Positions 37,641-52,100 of a stretch of 64,000 nucleotides of DNA are shown piece by piece (within the stretch, counting starts at the first letter, position 1; each line of letters starts with the position of its first letter). A program made the position numbers and the translations under genes. The DNA comes from Dipteris shenzhenensis (lineage: Eukaryota), in the NCBI GenBank assembly GCA_047967505.1, contig CM106538.1. The stretch is one strand, 5' to 3'. The notes beneath the pieces were generated by a model. It made no database searches. It had not been told where the DNA came from and worked only from the letters and a program-made list of their open reading frames with translations.

Positions 37641-39236
37641 ACAGCCTCGTGCCTTAAACAAAAGAAAAAGTCTCATGCTGTCCATTGTCTTCCACTGCTA
37701 TGGATTTCCATTCTTTACCATGCTGGTAGTCAGAGTGGAGATTGGAAGTGGCAGAGAACAAGTAGGACGCCCAAGCCAAGCAAGATAAGTATGCTCATGA
37801 GCAAGGAAGGAATTTGGAGTCTAATGATGGGAATTATATTAAGTGCATTTATTGCCATGTGAGTACATATATGCCTTCTTGGAAGACCAATATAGCAAGC
37901 CCACACAAGTACTATGGTCCCTACAAGATTATCTAAACGGTCATGGATGTTGTTTGAGCTGCGACCCAATTCTTAGATCCATGACGTGTCTCATTTCTCA
38001 TTGCGACATGTCCATAATTGGACTAACTAGCGCCTAACCAAGATTGGACTGTCTAGGGTTAACGCCAAGCTAACCTATGATCTTGGATTAGATCTCGGGT
38101 TAGGGTGTGGTCTAACCCAGGGTTTGGATTAACCTAGGATTGGGACTCGAGCTAGCATTGATGAGGTTAGATCTTGTGGATTGTGCTACCCTAAGAAGGG
38201 CATGGCTATCCCAAGATTAGCAGACCTAATAAGGGAAAAGGCATACTCTAGTATAGTAAAGCTACTTTATGCATGCAACCTAAGTTTAGGGCATACTGCT
38301 AAAGATAGCCAATGCTAGGCCTATAAGTATGAGCTAAGGGCTTTGTCTTCGGGGTCCTTGGAGTTGGAGCCTTCTCTGGACGGTGAGGGAGCAACAACTA
38401 AAGGAAGAGGCATGTGATATGGGACGCATGCCTTGACCTTGACGCTGGCTAGCTCTTGTGGTGGTCTAGACCTTAGGCTCAAGGGTGGCTCGATGTTATG
38501 AGCCTACGAGTGGGAGGTGAGTTGCTAGCTCAAACACCTATGGGTTGTTTGTGGATTGTCCCGTAGTGTTAAGACTCTGGTTCGAAGTTGAAACCCTTTA
38601 GAGTCAGATGGTTACTTGACTTGGTTTGGGGCTGTTTTAGTGGGAACGGGCAAGTTTTCTCAAACTTGCCAATTTTGGACGAGGAGGATGCATCCTCTTC
38701 ATTTCTCGGCCAATTATGTGGCTCAAAATTTAAATCCATAGTATACTCACAATAGTTAATCGAATAGAGGGGTTAGTAACTCCTACATTGCAAAACAATG
38801 TGGTACCTAAAGAGCATCATTTATGATTGTCTTCTTCAGCCACACTATATAGTTTTTAGGGAAAATTTCTTTGGAAGGGATAATTATAATATTATAAAAG
38901 AGGAAAGAATTGTTATGGGGGGTTAATTTAGAATGCTAAGGGATGTTCGGTGCTTGGAGAGGGGTAAAAAGGGAAAACATTAGAGAGGCTTTATAAGTCC
39001 TCCCCCTTCTCATGTATACATTGTGTTTTGGTGTGATCCCTACTCTCCCAAATGTACTTCATAACTTCTCTTGCTCACTTCTCACTTCTCCCTCTTCCCC
39101 TTTCCTTTCAGCTCCTTCATTTCTACCATCATTTGTGAAATAAACCAAGTCAACTCTTAAACTCATTTGTTTTCTCAAGACAGGGACCTTGAAATTGCTT
39201 ATCAAACTATCATTTGTGGGTTCTTTGTTTTGACAG

Positions 39237-39305
39237 GGAATAGCGACAAACAAACTACTTTCTAAGATTGCATCAGCTAGGCATAAGCCAGATCAACAGA
39301 CCTTG
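39237..39305 (+). CDS. POLH: DNA polymerase eta-like, exon 7
   Basis: AG/GTGAG bounded; GIATNKLLSKIASARHKPDQQTL. Confidence 0.93.
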
Positions 39306-39516
39306 GTGAGTTTTTTTCTTTTCATTTTTGGATGCTGGGGTGGATCTCACCTACAGAGAAGATTTCTTGCAATGATGTTTTGTGAAAAGCTACAAATCAC
39401 TTTACACGATCTTTTATAGTTTGTTCTTGCTAAGGATTTGCTTGTATAATTTTATTTCTTTCGCCTTATTTCATGGTTTTATTGTAAATGCTCCCTAATA
39501 GGTTTCTCGTTTATAG

Positions 39517-39597
39517 ATCCCACCAAGGGCAGTAGGTGACCTCATGAATACACTTCCGTTAAAAAAGGTCAAGCTGTTGGGTGGGAAGATTGGTGAG
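39517..39597 (+). CDS. POLH: DNA polymerase eta-like, exon 8
   Basis: AG/GT bounded; IPPRAVGDLMNTLPLKKVKLLGGKIGE (HhH thumb). Confidence 0.9.
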
Positions 39598-39728
39598 GTT
39601 TGTATTACTTTATATTTCCATTTGACACCTACAATATTTACTACAAGATTTATTGAACATAGTTGTGCTAAGTCTTCCACTTTGGTTTTTTGCTTCTTCT
39701 GCTTCTTCTGCTGCTTCTTTTTTCATAG

Positions 39729-39864
39729 GAATTCTCTGTGAAGTGGGGCTGCAATACGGCTGGAGAGGCTCAAAGAGTGCCACTAAAATCTTTGTTGGCT
39801 TCTTTTGGTGATCGTTTGGGACAATATGTCTATGCAGCAGTAAGAGGGATTCATGAAGATAAAG
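39729..39864 (+). CDS. POLH: DNA polymerase eta-like, exon 9 (gene presumably continues beyond the window)
   Basis: AG/GT bounded; EFSVKWGCNTAGEAQRVPLKSLLASFGDRLGQYVYAAVRGIHEDK. Confidence 0.88.
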
Positions 39865-41039
39865 GTGGCTAAAAACATTTCTTGCCTACTATTTTAACAA
39901 CTTGCAAACATAAAGGCGTAATCAACATATCTTGTGTTTCTCATAAGAACAACATAGGATACTCCAATCTCTTATAATTAAAATGGTGTTCTTGCTCTAA
40001 CATGAGATTTCTATTCCACTTTTAAGCTACATAGTTTTATTATAATCAATGGTGTTCTCACTACTAACATGAGATTTCGATTCCACTTTTAAACCGCAGG
40101 GTTACACCCATATTCATGTCCCACATGCACTGAGGTTCTCAATTGGTTTGTTCTGGGTATCTTCACACAGGTTATAGGTTGAGACGAGACGAAAAAAGGG
40201 CATCCCACGTGACAGACGAGTCTGTACTTTATGTGATATGCAGAAGACTGAGATAGAGGATCACTTTGCATTCATATGACAGCATTGTCTATTCAGTAGC
40301 GGTTTTGGTCCACTCTCAGAGAGTCCTGACACATCCTGATCAACAACGGGTGGCTTCAGCCTTCTTTCGTTCTTGAGGCCCAAAGACATAGAGATCGGCT
40401 CATACAAGCACATGTGGAATCGACAAAGCTCAATCAGAGCACGATCATGGACTTTCTTTGGTGTCTTGAGCCAAAGACCATGAGCCAAAGACCACATGGG
40501 ACCAGATGTAGCAGAGAGCTAGAGGGCATGACGGTATAGATATGACCCCAGGTGGATACTCATATGATGACTTCAGACATATCCTCTCTTTTCGATGTGG
40601 GGAGAAAACAACTAGAGTGATGATTGCACTAGTCAAACACCAGGCTACTTCACAGAGTCTATACAAGAGGAGGGGATGTGCCTAGACAGGGCGTGCATCA
40701 AGGGTGATCCGATCATTGGTTTTCTTCCTTGACGTCAGCCTTCACAAGATCGAGGTCCACTATCAGATGAGCTCCTCTTGTCTGTCCTAAGTCGTCTAGT
40801 GGAGTTAGTATCATAGACAATATACATAGGTTTAATCGCTCGGATTGTCGATTGATCAATTGGTAGATGACTAGGGGCTCGCCGCTCCTCTATGTTCCTG
40901 TTTTGGGTCTTCTCTCTCTCACAGTGACAACATGCTTTTTTACTTTTTTCTTGTCAAGGGCATTAGCTTTGGGTATGGGTATCCGTTTAGTGGTCCCACC
41001 CCTTAGCTTTGGTTTTCTTTAGTCTCATAGACCCTTTGG

Positions 41040-42420
41040 TCTTTTGTAGACAGTAATAAACTTTCTTTCTTTCTCGAAAGTTAAGGTGAAGAGGCTCCTC
41101 ACGTCTTGGAGATTTTGGAGGTGACAAATGGGACCTTCTAGATACACCATACAAGAGGGATGGGTCCCAAAGTGCAACCAAATATAGCACTATAAGACAT
41201 GGAAAGAGCAATATGCAGATGCATTCTCAATCTTGATCTAAAGCACGAAGGATTATGTGCTTTTGCTAATTTGTTTGGTGGATATAGCACATGCTGCTTG
41301 GACTATTATGAAGGAGTAGTACGAGACCAATAATTCCACGATGATACTAATGTGTCGACGTTGGGAGTAGGTGAAGAGGTCTAGGAGCTCCTCAACAAGG
41401 TGATTCAAGACTAGTTAGCCTCAATAGGTGAGAACACAAATACCAAGGCATGGCCCACAGGTTCACAGTCCGATCTTGTTTGAGGAGCTCAGAGTCATGG
41501 TCCTAGAAGAAAAGGTATGGATGGAGTTGTATGATGGCTTTGTGAAGGCATGGCCCACAAGTTGACAGTCCGATCTTGTTTGAGGAGCTCAGAGTCATGG
41601 TCCTAGAAGAAAAGGTATGGATGGAGTTGTATGATGGCAATAGATGCTGTGGCAATTGCTCTCGACTTTCCTTTACCCTCCTTGCTCGATCTCTAGAGAA
41701 GAAGGATGGCCAAGATGAAGAGTCTTGAGATTCAAAGAAGAAGATCATCAAGTGTTTCTACTACAAAAAAATGGTTAACTACACCAAGAGGTACAAAAGA
41801 AAGCAATGGACAAGGTCTCAATTGTCAATCTTTGACAGCTCTACTCCGTCATAGAATGGGATATTAGGTTGGAAGAACATATTTGCAATAGGGATGGCAA
41901 GGTCGATGCTAGATGGTAAGGGACTAACCAAAGATAAAGCTGTCCATACTATAGTGTATATATACTCAGTTGGAGCTCAACAAAGGCAATAAATGGAAGT
42001 CTCCCCATGAGGCAATCATTCGGCTAAAAAGCGTTCTGTCAAGCATTTGAAGATTTTCAGCTCGAAGCGCTTTCTGCATGTTTCACTTGAACACATAACT
42101 AAATTGAAGTGAAAAATCAAGAATGTATTTTCATATTATACGGTGTAGAGTCAAAAGTGTATGTCTTTGCAATCCAACCACTCAGAAGATTGTGGTTTGT
42201 AAAGACAACGTGCTCCAAGAGCACTTCCCAAGTGCACAATTCTGTAGGAAATTGCTGATGGACGAGCAATTGATCTTGGATACTAGGCCTAAGGAAGAAG
42301 AAAAAGAGGAAGAACCACGAGAACTGGTTGAGGTCGTACGAGCATCGGAGCCATGGCAACGAATATCTCCTACTAGAAAGGAGAGACCTCCCAGATGGTA
42401 CATGCATATCTTGGCACATC
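41040..42420 (+). mobile_element. Decayed Ty1/copia remnant, with a ~99-bp tandem duplication at 41446-41640
   Basis: RVKSVCLCNPTTQKIVVCKDNV...RKERPPRWY resembles the copia integrase C-terminal GKGY region. Confidence 0.5.
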
Positions 42421-42789
42421 AATTGATTTTCTTAATCCTCTCCGGAGGTTACATAGGTTACAAAACCACGATATTGGACTTAAGCTCTAGTCTGGGGGTT
42501 GGTAGAGAATCAATGCTCCACCCTTGGACATTCACGCGCTGTCTCCATGGAGGCTACTTTGCACATCTCTTTGTGCCTTGTTGTCTTGTATTGCCCACAG
42601 TGGAAGCATTCATTGCTTTTCCATAAATCCATTGCATTTTTTGTTATGTTGTCGTGCCAAATGTGAAAAACTAAAAATCATCTTCATGATAGCTCTTGTA
42701 CTTTAGGCTAGAACTCCAAAAGTTCAGGCGCTTTCTCAACATTCTAGAATGCTTGAGTGCTCGGGTGTGCTCATTCTAGACACCTTCAA

Positions 42790-44921
42790 GCATGCAGACA
42801 GTCTTTGCGGAGAAGGTGAGTATCGAGGAATGTATGATCACCATACAAGAAGAAAATATAGAAGACGACACAGGTGATGTCAAAGTAGATTTGCCGAGAT
42901 GGCCTTGTGTCAAAGGAGGTTTTGATCCCTGCACCTTGCTGCCCTAGAGGACAGCCAAGGGTGCAGCCCTTCCTTGAGCTCTGTCTGCAGTACCCAGCTC
43001 TTTCTGGTTCTCCTGGATGTAGGCCCAAACCCTGCTGGTCCGCTGCTCCAGTCTGCTCATTGAAAGCTGCCACTATGGATGATTAATGCCCCCTTGAGGG
43101 GCTCCTTTTATAGTTCCTGAAGAGCCCCGAACTGGCCGTTGCTCTGAGGGTTTGTTTCAACGTGTCCTCCATCTGGCAAGGTATGCAACCAAATAACAAT
43201 TTCTGTACACCTGCCTAAACCTGAGCCGCCCTTGTAAGAGTACCGTCCTTTGAAGTTATCCCTCGAGCTTTGAATCAAGGTCGTCCTTTAGCAAGGTCCT
43301 TGCCTTCAAGCTCCACTTCTTGTGAACTTCCGTCAAGGGCTCTGATACCACGTTAGAAATCACAGAACAGGGGGTACCCATAGCGGAAGATTGATAAAAT
43401 AGCCCAGAAATTCACACAGAAGTGTTTGACTACGGAATCCAAAACAACTTTAATTTGTGTACTCAACATACATGTGTGCAAGTCAGAAAATAGACAATGC
43501 TCCAACAGAGATATAGAACCAACAAAATGTATTTCCGTCCAAAAGGTTGGAATACAAAAGGATTCTAGAGTCCCACCACATCGTGCTCCTCTGCCCTTAC
43601 AAAAGTTTGTTGCCCTTCTACCTCCGTGGCACTTCTAGATTCCTAAGCCTACATGCTCCTCGTCAGCTTCTGTAGACTTTGGCCACTGTGCCTTGATCCC
43701 CGAATGTCATCCTAGGCGTGCAGCTGAGCTATGTATGCAGCTCTCAGCTTCTCTTGGTCCTCCCAGATGTAGGCCCAAGTTCTGCTGCTGTGCTGCTCTA
43801 TTCTGCTTCTAAATGCTGCCCAAAAGGTGTTGTCCCACATCTGTGGCACTTCTAGATCCCTAAGTCTGTGTGCTCCTCGTCGGGCTTCTGTTAGACTTAG
43901 TCACCTTGCCTTGATCCCTGCACCCTGCTGAATTCAGGCTATATGTGCAGCCCCTTCTTGAGCTATGTCTGCAGTACTCAGCTCCTCTCAGTCCTCCTGG
44001 ATGTAGGCCCAAGACCTGGTGCTGTGCTGCTCCAGTCTGCTCTTCAAATGCTGCTCTAATGGATCCCTTGATCCTTGTACCTTGCTGCCTGGGAAGGCAG
44101 CCAAGGTACAGCCCTTCCTTCAGCTTTGTCTGCAGTACCCAGCTCCCTCTTGGTCCTCCTGGATGTGTAGGCCCTGAAGGTATCCAAACTGGCTGACGCA
44201 ACAGCCTCAATATGGCCGACCTAGTCAGCCTCTACTGGAGGACTGGCTGGTCTGCCCCAACTGACCTGGTTGGCTTGCATTGACCAGCCCAGCCAGTCCT
44301 CTATGTCAGCGCATGGCCATGTGGCAAGCAGCCAGTGGCCAAGGTCATTCTCTGCCCCAAATCTGCGGTTGTTGTCACATAGGCGCAATCCTGCTGCGTG
44401 CACCCCGCCTCTGTTGTAGCCATCTTCAGCCCCTGGAAACTCTGCCATACAACCTCTACAACTGGTCTGTACTGGTGCTATGTGTCCTTGCTGCATTTTC
44501 CATGCTGTACTGCTGCTCTGATTGCGTGCCAATCAGCTTCAAGCAGCCAGTTATGGTCCTTGGGTGTGTTGCCCACATGGCAGCCCATGTGCTGCCCATG
44601 TGGCAGCCCCATATCCTCTCTTTTGCTTGCTTGTATGCTGCCCACATGGCAGCCAATATGCTGCCCATGCGGCAGACCTACCCTAAGTACATGCTCTCCT
44701 CGTATGGGGGCTAACAGATGGGGAGGTCACTTTTCCAACATGGGCTGCATCAGAGGCATGGGCATATATGTATTGTCCTGGGATGCTATTTGTCCATTCC
44801 CATAGGATTTCCTAGCTTTTTTCATAAACTCAATAGGCATCATGGACTCAAACATAGTTTAGCTGCCCTCTCATATGCCCTCTTGTATCCCCTCTATCTC
44901 ACCTCATTCATCTCCATTACA
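42790..44921 (-). mobile_element. Truncated LTR retrotransposon: PBS plus probable long 5' LTR with internal repeats
   Basis: Reverse-complement PBS GCTCTGATACCA at 43339-43350; minus-strand TGTAATG at 44921; repeated CCTGGATGTAGGCCCAA units. Confidence 0.5.
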
Positions 44922-45944
44922 GTTGAAAACTGAATATGTAAAGTGTAACCACCGCCACATATAACCTGACCTTGTAAAGTGTTTCTTGCTTGCAATACAT
45001 TAGAATGTGAGGCAAAGTGTATTGAGGCTTAGAGACCATCTCAAATTTGAGGCATGACAAACTTCTCAATATGCCCAAAGGGAGAAACCACTTCATGCAA
45101 CACATCCAATGTAATGGGATACAACTTGCGGATATTAATTAAAAGGATTCCATTGGGCTGTGAATTTTGCTCAAGTTGCTTTTGACGGTGCCCCAAGCTG
45201 TTTGCATGTTGCCTTAGGCCATGTGTAAGCCATTTGAATTGCGATGCATGTTAACCTATGTTGCTTACACATGCATTTGATTGTGTCATTTTCTGTAATA
45301 AAGCTTTTGCTGTCCTCTTTGCCAGATGCATGCTTATGTGTTGCTTGATTGCTTCAGTCTATGACTGTCTCAAAGAATCACAGCATCCCAAGCATATTAA
45401 GCACCCCCTTAGAAGAAGTCACAATGCCTTTGTGCATGCAGTGAGGACAACGAAGGGGCTACTTATGTGCCAAGTGGCTACCTGCACAATTGGGGTGTTG
45501 TTTGCCTGTGCGAGCTAAATGCCTGCGACTATACACTGTGTAGGCCCTGTTCAATCCAAGCATAAATTTTCAAGATTTTTCTTCCTTTTCCAGGATCTGC
45601 ATAGGATGGATGGGTGGCCAGTCGTATTGGTAGTCTTTTGATAGCTGCAAGGAAACCTGCTAGTTGAGCCTTATGGGCTCTACTTCAAGCATATAATGTG
45701 AGCTACCGTCCATGTGTGAAAATGCCTTGTGTGAATATGCTGTCCACAATAGTGTGCTTATCTTGCCCGTACTGCTTTACTGTGTAGATGCCCACAAGGA
45801 GATGATTGGCTTGGCTGAAGTGTGTTGGGAATGAGAGGAGTGAAGACAAGGTATAGGGCCCGAGAAAAGGGCTCTGATAGCAATGTATAAAAGGGGGAAG
45901 GGATAGACATAGGGAAGAGGAATTGGACAGCAGAAAGAGAGATA

Positions 45945-45989
<45 letters not shown>
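45945..45989. repeat. (GA)n microsatellite
   Basis: Direct reading. Confidence 0.95.
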
Positions 45990-45992
<3 letters not shown>

Positions 45993-46199
45993 GAAGTAGA
46001 AGTAGAATTTATTATCATCCTCGGGGGGGCCAAAAATGACCCATGGGACCTAATCATCAGTAAAAAAATCTCCTCCGACGTGGAGGGGTCAAGAATTTTC
46101 AAGTTCTTGACGATACGATAGAAGACGGGTGACAAAAGATCCCAACGTTGCCGGAGGGGCAATGGTGAGAACTAATGAGAGCTGAGTGGTGTTTGCCAG

Positions 46200-49100
46200 T
46201 ATCTGCAGGTAGTCATCCCTGATATGTGCATCTCTGGGGCATTGTAGGGCTACATGTGCCTCTGTCTCGACTGTCTGTGAATCACAGAATCTGCAAACTC
46301 TGGTATGTCATGGCAAATTCAGCCAAGCTCCTTTCTCTATTGCCAAGGTGTGTGATCGTGTGTGGAATCTTGCAATATTCCTGCGATAGAGAAGAGGGAT
46401 GGGACTGCTGATGTATGGCTGAGCAGAGGCATTTGATGTCATGAATGAGGACCAGCATAGGGGGTTTATTTGATCCTGGTAGTATTCTAACTTTGTCTTC
46501 TTTTCTGCTATCAACCATTGAGCTTGTAGGGTGCATAGTAAGGACAACTGGAATTCTTGTAGATTGACCTTTTCCGGTGGCACAGTCAAGTATGATTTCA
46601 CTTTCCATCTGTTGAACCATTTCCTTATGTCTGTCCTCCATCCTGTACAGATGATCTTGCTTTTATGGTTTTTTTGAAGTTTCATACTTGCTGTCCATGC
46701 TCTGTGTGGTAATCTGTTTGTTGGCATTTGTTGCACGTCCACTAGATACTGCATCACTCCAATGAGTGCATGAAACTCAATTGGCCTCCTGCCCGTTTTC
46801 AATAGGATTATTGAGTAAGGGGTAGTAGCCTTGACTCCTAGATGTCGTCGTAGGAATGCTTTCTGCATTTTTTCAGTCTCATTCCGTGTGGATGGAGAGA
46901 TGCTGCCTCCCCATACTTCTACTCCGTATAGCACTATTTCAACTAGATATGCATCAAACAACATATTCCGGATCTTCCAGTTCCGGGTGTCAGTGTGCCT
47001 ACAGTCATTTTCAAATTGATAGTATTTTCCCCAACCTGTATCCAACCTTCTTTGTGCACATTGCCACCATTTGTGGTCGGCTGGTATGTCAATTCCCAAG
47101 TATTTAAAGGTATTGACATATTCAATGGGCTGCGCCTCAAAGCTGATAATAGGAGGATGTTCAGGTTGGGTGGTGCATACTGCCATCATTTTGGTTTTGG
47201 TGGCATTAACTTGCAGCCCACTTTCATTGCAAAAGACCTGAAGTGTTTGTAGTAGTTGATGCATGGAATCAGAGTCATAGGCAAAAAGAACCACATCATC
47301 TGCATATAGAAGCAACAATATTGTCCATAGCCCGAGCTTGGGTCCTTGTATCCCTTCTTCTGCTGCAAATTCATTTATGAGTTCTTCTAACTTGTCAATG
47401 CAGATTCCAAACAGTGTTGGTGAGAGAGGACAGCCTTGTTTTACCCCCATATTACTTTGAAATGCAGCTGACTATCCATGCTCTTGTTTTAGTCTGCATA
47501 ATACTTTCTCGTATCTTCGGGAGATGCCTACCCTTAATTGTTACGCTCTAGCCGAGGTAGCATGACCTCGGAAGAATCAGTCGACATTTCCCTTAAAGGA
47601 TCTATGTTTGTAATATATTTGTTTGCGCTTCATGTAAATGATCGGGAGGGAATTAATGTCAAGGTCCTAGGTAAGGGCTGATAGCACCAGACTAGGTGGA
47701 TCTAAGGCTAAGGGCCTAATGCAAAAAATGTGCCTAGGGGCAAAGGAAATTAAAGTATTCCAAGAGAGGGGTGAAAAGATGCATTAGGAAGGCCCTATGA
47801 TGATGACATGTGGCATCTAGATCCATCTAGGGAGATGGGGCTTGTTGGAGTTAGTGAGAGAAGGAGAATGTACCTTCACGAAGGATTTGGCTGAATTCGA
47901 TTTCTCTGTCAGCTCTCACGCTCTAACAGGAATTGGCTGGGAGGATACTTGTGGTGCTACTCCCGTGATATGCAGTAGTGGAATAGGAAAGTTTGTGACA
48001 TTTGGTATCAGAGCTCAGGCTAGGTAAGAGAGCGGTGATCTAACGGAACGTGAAGAGGGGTTCGTGAGTTGTGAAGAAACTACGAACGGTCTATTGTTGC
48101 TGAATTGAAGTGAAGTCGCGTATGAAGAAGGTGCAGGCGCGGGATACGTGACGTGCAGGAGCGGGATACGTGACAAAAAAAAAAAACTTAAGCTCCAGGC
48201 TTCTAAGCTGTTGTTGGAGCGGAGGGTTCCCGTAAGGCAGGTTGATGAAACAAGACAGATGAGGAGCGCAAGATGACTCTGCTACTCGTGACCTCCACGC
48301 GACGGACTCACTTGACGAAATACAGATAGTGAACGACGGACTAGCGGGGTAGACTGACGCACGGACAGCGTGTTCATCTATGATCCACCTGTTTCATTAG
48401 CGAAACTTCATCGACGAAGATCTGGCTTATGGGAGGAGTCGTCAGCGCAGCAAACTCTGGTTGAGGAGCGCATCAATTGGTGGTACCAATTTGTTCACCA
48501 AACCAGAGCCAGTTGGTCCAGTTAGTATAACCAGACAGTTATCCATCCAATTACTGTGGAAAAAAAAAACAGAGAGTTTTCTTTGGCCACCAGTTTCCAC
48601 TTATCCGCTGTCAGTTGATTTCTTGTCAGAAACACAGAGTTTTGCAAAAACCTAGAGACTTGCAAAGGCTTTGGTAGAAGAAGGTTTCGGGACATTTGCG
48701 ATACGTGAAGACTCCAGGGGTATTAAATCGGGTGACAGGAGCAAGACCAGGGAGCACTTTACCCATTTTCCCCTTTGTTTTTGTCATTTCTGTTTTGTTA
48801 GAAACGGATTAGGCTTTTGTGGTTGTAGCAGACTTGGGATGGACAGTCTTTGAGACTATGCCTGTGTGCTTCAGTCAGAGTTAATTTGCAGGAATTTCCC
48901 TAGTATAGGGAAAAGCGGTATTTGGGTTATGCCTGTGTCAAATGCCTAGTCAGTGTGAATCTGGGATTGCAGGTATTCCCTAGTATAGGGAATTGTGTCA
49001 GAATTTTGTTAGTTTGAAAATACAGTGTTTTAGCGGTGTTTAAAAAAAGAAAAAAGAAAAAAAAGAAGCAAAACACTAATTGACTTGCGAAACCAGCTGA

Positions 49101-52100
49101 AACTCCTAAATCAAGTACCACCATTGGAGTGAAGAGGAAAGTAACACCAATGGCAGCCCGGGCTTGGTCTAAGTCTCCCTTAAACCCAGAGCAAAGAGAA
49201 AAAGCGAGGAGAGAAGGCTTGTGTTTTGGTTGCCTTCAGCCTCATCAGTGGAAGGATTGTCCACAGAATAAGGATCGTCGGATGGCTGAGATGGTAGTCT
49301 TAGAATGCGACGTGGAGATGGAGGGAAGTCCCAGAGCGGAACAGATGCAGATTCAGCTAGCGGGATCTTCTCAGAGGTCAGTACCTTGTTTGTTATGTAT
49401 GTCTGTTGCTAAGCTAGTAACGAGTGCACCTGATAACATCCTATCTAAGCTCGCAGCAACGGGGTATACAGCCTTTAATGATACGGAGTTAATTAAGATG
49501 AAAGGGTAAGTGGCCAATCATGATGTCATTGTGTTCTTTGACTCGGCGTCAACGCACAATGTGATTAACTCCAAGCTCGTGAAGAGGCTGAAGTTAAAGA
49601 CTAATCCATCTGACTATGCGTATACAGTCAGGATGGCAGATGGAAGTTCAACTGAAGCATGGGACCAAAGGGTTACCCAGTTGGAGCTTTGTATTCAGGA
49701 CTATGCTGAGAAGCTTGATTTTGAAATGACTAAGCTTACTCATGCAGATATAGCCCTGGGTATGGCGTGGCATTCTAGGAAGAATCCAGCCATTGATTGG
49801 AAAAAGCACGTATATCAATTCAAGATGAATGATGTGCTTTATGTCTTACGAGGTGAAAAAGATGTACCTCAGGGACCGTTGGTTTCCGTGATGGAAATCC
49901 GAAAAGCTCAAGAAGGGTTTTTATTCCTTTGTACAGCATCGGTAGAGCCGGTTGATGATTCTTTGGCTAGCACTGATGTTGCGCAAAGTGGTGAGATGGC
50001 CAAGCTGGCTAATCATTTAACAGAGGAATTCTCTGAATGTTTTAGGGATGAGTTACCTTATGAGTTACCTTATGGGTTACCTCCAGAGCGGAATGTTCAG
50101 CATAAGATTGAACTGATTCCGGGGGCAGAATCTGTAAATAGACCTCCCTATAGAATGAGTTTTACTGAAGAGGCGGAGGTGCGTAGACAACTGGAAGAAT
50201 ACCTCAAGTTGGGGCAGATTCAACCAAGTTTCTTACCTTTTGCTTCGCCAGTGATATTAAAGAAGAAAAAGGATGATACGTTTCGCCTCTGTATAGATTA
50301 CAGAGCATTGAATAATATCACTGTTAAGCACAGGTATCCGATGGCTCGGATTGATGATTTGCTAGATGCATTACATGGAGTTGTGATTTTCAGCAAGATA
50401 GATCTTAAGTGTGGCTATCATCAGATCCGGATTAGAGCCGAGGATGTGCATAAAACCGCTTTCAAAAGCAGGTTTGGTTTTTATGTGGATGTGGATCATG
50501 ATACTCTGAAATATTTTTGTAAACAGCCTGACTTGAGGGGCCGCCAAGCTAGGTGGGCAGAGCTCATGCAGGAGTTTAATTTGACGATTCGGTACCGAAG
50601 AGGAAAGGATAATAAGGTTGCTGATGCGTTGTCTCGCATTATGCACCATATGAGTTTTACGGTATTAGAGAGTGCTCTAATGACCGAGATTAGAGAAACT
50701 CAAAAGGTGGACGAGTTTGTCCAGAGCTTATGGCCTAAAGCTCATGTGTTTAGACCCGGGAAAGAAAAGGATGACTTGGCATCCAGAAAAGGCCAAACAT
50801 ATGCAAGATATACCATAAGGGATGGTATGCTGGAAAGAAATGGCAAGGTTATAGTACCTAGTCAGAATGATCTCAGGCAGAGTGTCATTCGACAGTGCCA
50901 TGATAGCCCATGTGCGGGACATCCAGGAGTCAAGAAGATATATGATCTCGTGAAGCGAGATTTCTTTTGGCCAAAGATGAAAAAGCATATTCATGAATAT
51001 GTGGCACGGTGTTTTTCGTGTCAGGTAAGCAAGGCCGAGCGGGTGAAGCCACCCGGACTTTTACAGCCCTTGGAGATACCACTAAGTAAGTGGAAGAGCA
51101 TTTCCATGGACTTTATTGTAGGGCTGCCTACGACACAAGGTGGATATGATTCTATCCTTGTGGTGGTTGATCGTCTAACCAAGATGGCTCACTTCATTCC
51201 GACTAGAGAGTCTATTAGTGCCCCGCAAGTGGTAGATTTGTTTATTAGACATATATTTCGTCTGCATGGATTGCCTAGATTCATAGTGTCAGACAGAGAT
51301 GTCAGATTTACCGGTCATTTTTGGACAGCGGTATTTGAGACACTAAGGACTGAGTTGGGAATGAGTAGTGGGGATCATCCTGAAACGGATGGTTAGACGG
51401 AGAGAGTCAACCAGACTTTAGAGGATATGCTGAGGGCATATGTGTCATTGAGGCAACATACATGGGACAAGTGGTTGCCATTGTTAGAGTTTGCCTACAA
51501 TGATAGAAAACATTCCTCTACAGGGTTCAGTCCGTTTGAGCTGAACTATGGTTATAGACCAGCAAATCCAACTATAGTTGGAATACCTCAGAAAGTGCCT
51601 AGTGCCGCGAACTTTGTGATTCAGATGAGGGAGATGCTAGCGCCTACGAGAGCTAATATCCGCCAGGCTATGGATAGAGCCAAGGCGTATGCGGATGAAA
51701 ACCGGTCTATAAGAGAATTTAAGGAAGGAGAAAGTTTTTCTCAGAGTTCCTTCGCACTCGGAGTCATTAACTTCAGGAGAGTGTGCTAAGTTATCACCTC
51801 GATATTGTGGGCCGTGGTTAATTCTAAAGAAAATAGGCAAGGTAGCCTATAAATTAGAATTACCACAGGGGTGTAAGGTGCACCCAGTGTTTCATGTTTC
51901 GCGCTTAAAGAAATTTTTACATACAGGTGACTCACTAATCGAAGGTGTGGTTTTGTTTCAGGAGATAGAGGATAATGCAAGGCGCAAACCAACAAGAATT
52001 CTGGACCGAGAAACAATGCAAATACGAAATCGGAAGATACCTACGGTGTTGGTTGCATGGCATGGTCAGCCTCTATCAGAAGCTACCTGGGAATGTGTAT

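Noticed and set aside
45594-45660. Further polymerase exon after a strong acceptor-like TTTTCCAG
   Set aside because: All three frames hit stops quickly and show no little-finger motif.
43860-46162. Several 100-144 aa ORFs
   Set aside because: They arise from GC-rich LTR repeats and a GA microsatellite, with no protein signature.
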